Source: a virus
Taxonomy: Duplodnaviria; Caudoviricetes
Direction: 5' to 3' (one strand)
Length of the DNA stretch: 61,028 bases
Virus record (IMG/VR): IMGVR_UViG_3300034272_001471
Span: 1-61,028 of that record
The position numbers were made by a program, and so were the translations under genes. The notes below the pieces were generated by a model. It was given only the letters and a program-made list of their open reading frames with translations. It was not told where the DNA came from and did no database searches. How positions within the stretch are numbered: position 1 is the stretch's first letter; the number at the start of each line of letters is the position of its first letter. Positions 55,173 to 61,028 of the stretch are shown here, one piece after another.

Positions 55173-55241
55173 AAACCTCAGTGCCTCGGGGGGAAGGGCT
55201 CTGAAAGGTTTAATGCCGCTAGAGGGGCGAAAGTGTTACAC

Positions 55242-56096
55242 CTACCGCACTTCCGCCTGCGGCTCACTCGCTGCCCCACCAGCAGCAGCCGCCATTGGTG
55301 GCAGCAGTCCATACTTCCGCAAGATGCGGATGGAGTCTTCGGTGCCAGGGAACATCACGTAGTTGCGGGTGCCTTCTGCTGCTCTGCGTGAGTTGCCATC
55401 GAAGTAGCGAACTCCCGGTATACCACGCTCCAGCAAGACCCTGGAAGCGTCCCTCGCGGATCCACCAAGGTTGTCCTGCGCCCGGGACAGGGCGTTCGAC
55501 CCACGCCATCCCTCTTGGCCGAACGTGAAGTGCGACGGGGCCCGGCCGTAGCTGCCCAGCATGTCCTGGATCGCCCGGGGCTGCTCAACCACGGGGGAGT
55601 CCAAGTCAAGCAACGCATCTTCTGGCACACCCAGCTCCACTTCGTACATGCGCCCACGGCGAACTGGCGGCGGCGGCGTATCCCCAGCACTCCGCAGAAA
55701 CTCCAGCCCCTGTTGCATGAACTCCGGGGGCGTCTCTTTCGGAAACGGAATCCCAGACAGGGCGGACTTCATCGCCTCTTCTATGTCTCGTACTGTAACC
55801 GCTTTCGCCATGGCCGCGTTGCTGGCGTGAATTCCAGAGTTCGTACGCCACCAATTGGCCGCAAATTCCTCTGGAGTCCACGCGGAAAGGGAGCGCATCT
55901 GGCGGTATGAATCTGCGACTGCCTCGTTGCCGGCAAAGTACAACCCGTGCCCGAAAGCCTGCACGCCCTCGCCTGTGCCAATCTTGCTCGCATCAAAACG
56001 GTCGAAGTCATGCGGGCTGCCGTGGTAGGCCCGGATGTACTTAGACTCCGGGGCTGCCCGGCCAACTGCTGAGAGGAGGTCGTCTAGCTTGCCCAT
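55242..56096 (-). CDS. Stand-alone polyvalent-protein domain (ADP-ribosyltransferase-like)
   Basis: AYHGSPHDFDRFD.SKIGTGEG.QAFGHGLYFA...GIPGVRYFDG...NYVMF. Confidence 0.7.
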   Translation of the reverse strand: MGKLDDLLSAVGRAAPESKYIRAYHGSPHDFDRFDASKIGTGEGVQAFGHGLYFAGNEAVADSYRQMRSLSAWTPEEFAANWWRTNSGIHASNAAMAKAVTVRDIEEAMKSALSGIPFPKETPPEFMQQGLEFLRSAGDTPPPPVRRGRMYEVELGVPEDALLDLDSPVVEQPRAIQDMLGSYGRAPSHFTFGQEGWRGSNALSRAQDNLGGSARDASRVLLERGIPGVRYFDGNSRRAAEGTRNYVMFPGTEDSIRILRKYGLLPPMAAAAGGAASEPQAEVR

Positions 56097-57001
56097 CACT
56101 CGCCCCCTTGTCTGCGAGCAGCCGCGCCGGCCCCGACCCACACTGCGGGGTAGGCCGCCTCTTGCCCGACCAGAGCAGCACCGCGCAGGCCGTGGATCGC
56201 CTTGGCTGCTGGCGCGGCTGCACGGAGCCCCTTGGCGAGGTGGCGAATCGCGCCCGATGCCCCACCAATTGGATCGACAACCGCTTCGGCCCCGTAGCCG
56301 ACAACGTCAGTCTTCCAGTTGTCGGCCCATCCAAAGTCGCCCTTCAACACCTGCGGGCCTTCAACCAACTCGTTGTCTTCCGGCGGCGGCATGGCCGCCA
56401 TGGGGTTGCCGCGCGTCTCAAACATGAGCGGATGATCAAACGGAATCGACTGGGCGGCATCACGTTCTTTTGCCCACGCCTCATTCGGCTCCTTGCCATG
56501 AGCGATGTTCCACGCCCCGAACGTGGCCTTGTTCGCCACGCCACCAGACTTCTCGGCCGCCTCGTCCAGATTCCAAAGCGAACGCACAGTGTTTACAACC
56601 GTGGAAGGCGCAGCACTGATGGCGTCCGCGGCGTTGCGAAGGAACATTCCAGGGGCAAGGACAGGACGTTCGCGGTAGGGCGAGGTGTCGGGCGGCTTGA
56701 GGTTCATGTACCGGCCCCGAACCGGGACCATGATCGGTCGCCCCAGTGTCTCCTCGTACACCGGCCGGCGGTAGATTTCAGCATCGTCGAAGGCCGCCCG
56801 GTCCTCCTGCTGGATCTGGGCAAGGCGTGCAATCAAGGCGGCGTGCTTGACCTTCTGCTGGTACTCAGCGTCGGTCAGCACCTGATGGGTCATAAACCCA
56901 GGGTGGTTCACTGCCACGCTCGCCATGGAGGGGTAGGGCTTGTTGGGCTGACTGGAAGTCTCGTCTATCGCCTGCTGGATGCGATCATAGATGTCAGCCA
57001 T
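56096..57001 (-). CDS. Hypothetical virion-associated protein
   Basis: Coupled ORF in operon. Confidence 0.6.
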   Translation of the reverse strand: MADIYDRIQQAIDETSSQPNKPYPSMASVAVNHPGFMTHQVLTDAEYQQKVKHAALIARLAQIQQEDRAAFDDAEIYRRPVYEETLGRPIMVPVRGRYMNLKPPDTSPYRERPVLAPGMFLRNAADAISAAPSTVVNTVRSLWNLDEAAEKSGGVANKATFGAWNIAHGKEPNEAWAKERDAAQSIPFDHPLMFETRGNPMAAMPPPEDNELVEGPQVLKGDFGWADNWKTDVVGYGAEAVVDPIGGASGAIRHLAKGLRAAAPAAKAIHGLRGAALVGQEAAYPAVWVGAGAAARRQGGE

Positions 57002-58584
57002 TACTCATCTCCTGCCGGGGCGAGAAGCGGGGCCAGGAGGGATGCCCCTATGCCTTGCTCAATGATGCGGCGGCGCATTTCGTCGGACATGAGGTAGCGT
57101 CGGCCGGGCGGGGCAGTCTCGGACTGGGCTGCCTCATACCGCCGCGCCGCTGCTCGTTCGACCCTGTCTCGGACGCGGCTCTGCGCGTGAGACATTTCCT
57201 TCATTCGCTGCACATCATGCAGCACCTCGCCAATCCTTTGGTTCGCAATGCGCTCTGCGTCATCAAACGAATGGCCCGCCAATTCCAAGTCCCCCCACAG
57301 CACATCGCGCAGGCGAGTCGCCTCTTCCATTGTGATGCTCGGATCCCATGGAGCATCCATAACGACATGCGCGGCCGTTTCGCCAATGCCGCGCCTGCCA
57401 TGCGGCCGGTTTCTTGGGAACCTGTTGTTAAGGTCTGCTTCTAGTTCCAAGATCCGGTCAAATGTCTGCCGCGCCGCGTAGCCGTCTGGGTCCATGCGCC
57501 ACGCCTCTTCGGCAAAATCCTGCATTGTTTTGGGGGCGGCAGTGTCCTCCACCAGCCCGCCCGTCTTCCTGCCGAGACGCTCCAGCGCACCAGGGACCAC
57601 CTTGCCGTATAGGTGCTGAAGGTGTTCTAAGTCGCCGCCAGAAACTGCTGCCGCGCGCGGGCTGACGACTTCTATGGCGCGGTGTCCCTGCCGGGCGGCC
57701 TCCAGCGCCAGCCGCTTGATCAACAGGTCGCTCCAGGTGTCTTCAATCGCAAAGGGGATCTGCGGTCGGAAAGGCTCGCCAACAATTTCTCCATCATCCC
57801 CAAGATTGAATCGCCACCCTGCGTTCTGCAAAGCCTCTTGATAGTCCGCGTCCGACTCGGTGCGGCCCTGCCGTGGAGCCCTGTCTTTCTGCGACTTAAT
57901 GTTGTGGTTGTTGATGTCGGACTGTATCTCGTTGATTCGCAGCGCATCGCCGTGTGTGTCGTAGCGTGCATGGGCAACTGTTCCGGCAGAGGCCGCTCGG
58001 CGCGTTTCGCGGCTGGCGTCCAGAAAGTCGCCCGGGTAATCAGTGTCGAAGTGATGAGGCTTAGGCAATTCCCGGGCCGGGTTTGCTGGGTCAACAAGCA
58101 ACAGTTCTGAATACTTTTCACCACCTTGGCCATAGGTTTCAAACCGCGGCATGCCGTGGGCAACGCCGCCGGCCAGTGGAGACGGCTCGCCCTGAGTGAC
58201 GGGCAGATCTCTGTATTGACCAGGCGTTACCACCTGCCCAGATGGATCGGTTGTTTCGTAGTGCCACACGCTTTGCGTGGGCGGATTGCCGCCCAGCACC
58301 ACCTCCTTGTGCGTGTACGCCGGGCTGCGTTCCAGGACTCTTGCCAGCAGTTCCGCCCGCGGCACCGTGTCGCGTCCTGCGATAACCGAATCCAGATCGG
58401 TCGCCTTCAGCTCCCAGCCGGGGACGCCGTCCTTGTACCGCTTCAGCAGGCCAGGGAGTTCCTGCGTGCGGACGTTCTCGGGCATGGCCTGGATGGCACG
58501 CTCCAGGCGGGAGTAGATGCCAGGGCCGGGGTTGTAGGTCAGGAGGCCGGCAATCGCGCGGCCGGCGTCGTCCAGTTTGCCCAT
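57001..58584 (-). CDS. Polyvalent-protein-like domain protein
   Basis: IYSRLERAI, YSELLL, HF...AHARY...LRINEIQSD. Confidence 0.65.
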   Translation of the reverse strand: MGKLDDAGRAIAGLLTYNPGPGIYSRLERAIQAMPENVRTQELPGLLKRYKDGVPGWELKATDLDSVIAGRDTVPRAELLARVLERSPAYTHKEVVLGGNPPTQSVWHYETTDPSGQVVTPGQYRDLPVTQGEPSPLAGGVAHGMPRFETYGQGGEKYSELLLVDPANPARELPKPHHFDTDYPGDFLDASRETRRAASAGTVAHARYDTHGDALRINEIQSDINNHNIKSQKDRAPRQGRTESDADYQEALQNAGWRFNLGDDGEIVGEPFRPQIPFAIEDTWSDLLIKRLALEAARQGHRAIEVVSPRAAAVSGGDLEHLQHLYGKVVPGALERLGRKTGGLVEDTAAPKTMQDFAEEAWRMDPDGYAARQTFDRILELEADLNNRFPRNRPHGRRGIGETAAHVVMDAPWDPSITMEEATRLRDVLWGDLELAGHSFDDAERIANQRIGEVLHDVQRMKEMSHAQSRVRDRVERAAARRYEAAQSETAPPGRRYLMSDEMRRRIIEQGIGASLLAPLLAPAGDE

Positions 58585-58860
58585 CTAGCAGTTCCACGCC
58601 CGCAGGGATTTGTTGATGCGGCTGTCGGGATCGTTAGCCGTCTCTTTGCTCGTCAGCTTGTCTTTCATGCCCTGCATGCGGGCGCAGAATGAGTCCCGCC
58701 TGGAGCCCCCTTCTGGCTGCGGGGGCTGGAGATTGGCATCGTTGGCCCGGTTGTATGCGGCCCGCCCTCGGGCATTCAGGCCGCCATCGGGGTCCTGGCC
58801 CTCCTTACGGGTCCAGGCATCCGCCTTCAGCCTACGGATCTTGTCGCCGTCAGCATCCAT
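58585..58860 (-). CDS. Conserved small basic phage protein (DUF6321-like)
   Basis: AWTRKEG..P.GGLNA.GRA...RRDSFCARM.GM...RINKSLRAWNC. Confidence 0.75.
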   Translation of the reverse strand: MDADGDKIRRLKADAWTRKEGQDPDGGLNARGRAAYNRANDANLQPPQPEGGSRRDSFCARMQGMKDKLTSKETANDPDSRINKSLRAWNC

Positions 58861-58899
58861 CGTCGTCCCCCTCCTCCTCAAACAAGAACCAGAAGGGGT

Positions 58900-59112
58900 T
58901 CACATGCTGGCCAGAATCTGCCGGACCATATCGCCTTCACGGTCCTGGCGGGCCTTCTCGGCCTGGATGCGGGCCAACTCCTGCTCATGCTGCATGCGGC
59001 GCATCTCTCGCATCTGGGTCACGCGGGAATCGTTCTCCCGCTGCTGAATCCCCATGTGCTGGCCCGCCATGCCGGCGAGATGGCCAGCCTGCTCGGCTGG
59101 AAAGAGAATCAT
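58900..59112 (-). CDS. Small coiled-coil hypothetical protein
   Basis: AGGAGG SD. Confidence 0.55.
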   Translation of the reverse strand: MILFPAEQAGHLAGMAGQHMGIQQRENDSRVTQMREMRRMQHEQELARIQAEKARQDREGDMVRQILASM

Positions 59113-59121
59113 GTGTGCCTC

Positions 59122-59532
59122 CTACTGACCATTGTCCTTCCGGCGGGCGTTAGCAATTGCCCGCCGCACCAACATCCGGCCTGCCGCATCAACGAACGGC
59201 AGGTGCCTTTTCTGTGCCTCTTCCTGCAGCCAGCCGACGATGGTGTCGATGTTCTGATCGCACCAGTCGCAGCCGCGGATGTCCATTTCGATTGCTCTTG
59301 CGAGGCATTTACAGCCGGGCTTCGGCGTGATGCCGATCTTGGACAGGAGCTTTTTCAATTCCGTTCCCGGGCCCGCTTTCGGCGGCGGGGGCGTATGCTC
59401 AACAACGCGGAGCTGAACCATCCCCCGGCCAGGGCTATCGCCTAGCAGCTTGTCAATCGCCGCCGCGAGCATGGCCGGATCCACGCGCCCAGAGTACGGG
59501 AGGACCATACTGCGCGTATTCATGAACAACAC
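59122..59532 (-). CDS. Hypothetical protein
   Basis: GPGTELKKLL..IGI....CKC..RA.EMD..GCDWC motif. Confidence 0.6.
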   Translation of the reverse strand: MLFMNTRSMVLPYSGRVDPAMLAAAIDKLLGDSPGRGMVQLRVVEHTPPPPKAGPGTELKKLLSKIGITPKPGCKCLARAIEMDIRGCDWCDQNIDTIVGWLQEEAQKRHLPFVDAAGRMLVRRAIANARRKDNGQ

Positions 59533-60644
59533 TCCGGCGGATCACAAGCCCTAGTACACACAGACTCCATGCAGTCTCGCGTGCCGTCAATCGCATGCCT
59601 CACCTGCTTCCACGCATCCCCGACGCACTGGCTGCTTGGCGTACCGCCCAGACAGTTGCTCACGGTGAGGTCGTCGATGCAGTCCTGCTCGCTTGCGTAC
59701 CCGTAGCCGTCGATGACCACCGGGTCCGAGTCCTCGTTGGTAGGGGAGACAACTACGGAGACAAGCGAGCCACACGGGCAGACGGCCAGCACAACCTCAA
59801 ACTCCGTAACGGCAGGCGAGGCCGGCGAGTTTGGCGAACACTGGTTTGTCCGCGTGACCGTGATGGTGACGAGCTTGCAATTCTGCGGCGGGCATAGGCC
59901 CAGCGCGTCGGTAGACGGGTTGCACAGGTCTGTGAACGAGTCTTCTACGGTTACGGTCTTGTCGTAGAAGACTTTGTAGTCCGCGGCTGGATCACAGTCT
60001 GTCTCCAGTTCGGCCGGGTCGCCGCAAGAGGCACAGTCGTCGGCCTCCACCCACCCCTCGGCCGGCAGGTCGTCCTGCGTGCCACGCTCCAGAAGGGCAT
60101 CGACGATCCAGTCGCCAGTGCCGGGGGTGGCAAGGACGAGCTTGCGGATGTCGGGGATGGCACCTGACGATCCGGAAAACTCCTGCACGTACCAGTACCG
60201 AGTGGCGCCAGGCAAACACCAATCCGGTGCCACCGGCGCGCCGTCTGGACACTGCTCCTCCAGCGCTGCCACCGTGGCCACCACGCCGTCGATATACGGC
60301 ACGCTCCAGCCGTACCATGTGGAGCCAGTAAAAAAGATGTCATCCCGGCATTCGCCATCCTCCCAATCCTCCTGGAAAGAATCGCGAATTTGCTGCTCAG
60401 TCCACCCGGGAAGGTCAATTAAAGCCTGCGCCACCTTCGCATCAACGCACGCCTCTTGTGATTCATACAGCCGGCTGATACAGCCAGGCAGCAGGTCAAG
60501 CAGGTCGTCATAGAGACTCAGGGAATACGAATCAGGCGATAGCTCCCGGGCGTCAAATGCCCAGTCCCACGGAGCGCAGGAACAGCACACAGCGTCACAC
60601 GCCGGACAAGTGCAGCCCCCACCGCTACAGCACGCGCAGACCAT
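59520..60644 (-). CDS. Cys-rich acidic protein
   Basis: MVCACCSGGGCTCPAC...PPECCS. Confidence 0.6.
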   Translation of the reverse strand: MVCACCSGGGCTCPACDAVCCSCAPWDWAFDARELSPDSYSLSLYDDLLDLLPGCISRLYESQEACVDAKVAQALIDLPGWTEQQIRDSFQEDWEDGECRDDIFFTGSTWYGWSVPYIDGVVATVAALEEQCPDGAPVAPDWCLPGATRYWYVQEFSGSSGAIPDIRKLVLATPGTGDWIVDALLERGTQDDLPAEGWVEADDCASCGDPAELETDCDPAADYKVFYDKTVTVEDSFTDLCNPSTDALGLCPPQNCKLVTITVTRTNQCSPNSPASPAVTEFEVVLAVCPCGSLVSVVVSPTNEDSDPVVIDGYGYASEQDCIDDLTVSNCLGGTPSSQCVGDAWKQVRHAIDGTRDCMESVCTRACDPPECCS

Positions 60645-60901
60645 AAGAAGCCCAAGGGAAGGTGTCCCTAGACAAGTGCCCCCAAGGGTGCCATCGGCCG
60701 CCTAATCGCAAGCCAGGGGCCTCCAGCGACACACGGCGTCAGGGGAGGGCAGAATGCGTGAAACCCGGGGGAAACACATGGGGGCCATAGGGGTGAAAAA
60801 AGTCAGGAGGTGTATTGACTGATGTATGGTGCTTCGCTGGGGGGGGTCGGGGGGTCGCCGGTCGCGCGGCGAGCCCTCCCTTCCCCCTGCCCCAACTCCT
60901 C

Positions 60902-61028
60902 GTCTCGCAACGGGTTATCCGTTGCCGGCAGTGTACCGATCCCCCTAACGGTTTCGCAAGCATCCCGGGCCGGGCCGGTTTTTCGCCAGCCCGGCCCGGG
61001 TGTGCATTGCCCCCTACCCCCTCGCCTT
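60902..61028. repeat. 127-nt terminal direct repeat, copy 2
   Basis: Identical to 2-128. Confidence 0.9.

Noticed and set aside
60902-61028. Biological direct terminal repeat
   Set aside because: The length equals a common assembly k-mer; it cannot be separated from a circularisation overlap without reads.
1-61028. Diversity-generating retroelement, retron or cas genes
   Set aside because: I recognised no reverse transcriptase (YxDD) or Cas motifs, and saw no TR/VR pair with adenine-specific mismatches.

Overview
The window is an apparently complete ~60.9 kb GC-rich dsDNA tailed-phage genome; bases 2-128 recur exactly at 60902-61028. It has four parts. (i) A + strand 'early' region (~1.5-10.2 kb) of many small, translationally coupled genes, including a DUF932-like protein, a C5 cytosine methyltransferase and a serine recombinase. 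(ii) A long - strand block (~10-27.8 kb) with a sigma-70-like factor, a protease/membrane-protein cluster (subtilisin, plus a papain-like peptidase interrupted by a LAGLIDADG intein), nucleases, an SF2 helicase, SSB, ERF and a RecE-like exonuclease. (iii) A tyrosine recombinase beside a tRNA 5'-half remnant. (iv) A - strand, podovirus-like virion module (terminase, portal, scaffold, capsid, tail and ejection proteins, polyvalent-type proteins). The most striking element is at 19057-22147: an integron-like array of an attI-like site followed by eight cassettes, each closed by an attC-like imperfect palindrome. The start of each cassette is complementary to its own R'' box, which is the signature of cassette recombination. 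There is no intI gene, and all cassette genes lie antisense to the canonical integron orientation. Six attC loops contain the start codon of the cassette gene, and two attC sites are only 49 bp. A Planctomycetota-like host is a guess from gene style only. Products were assigned by eye from motifs; no database searches were run.
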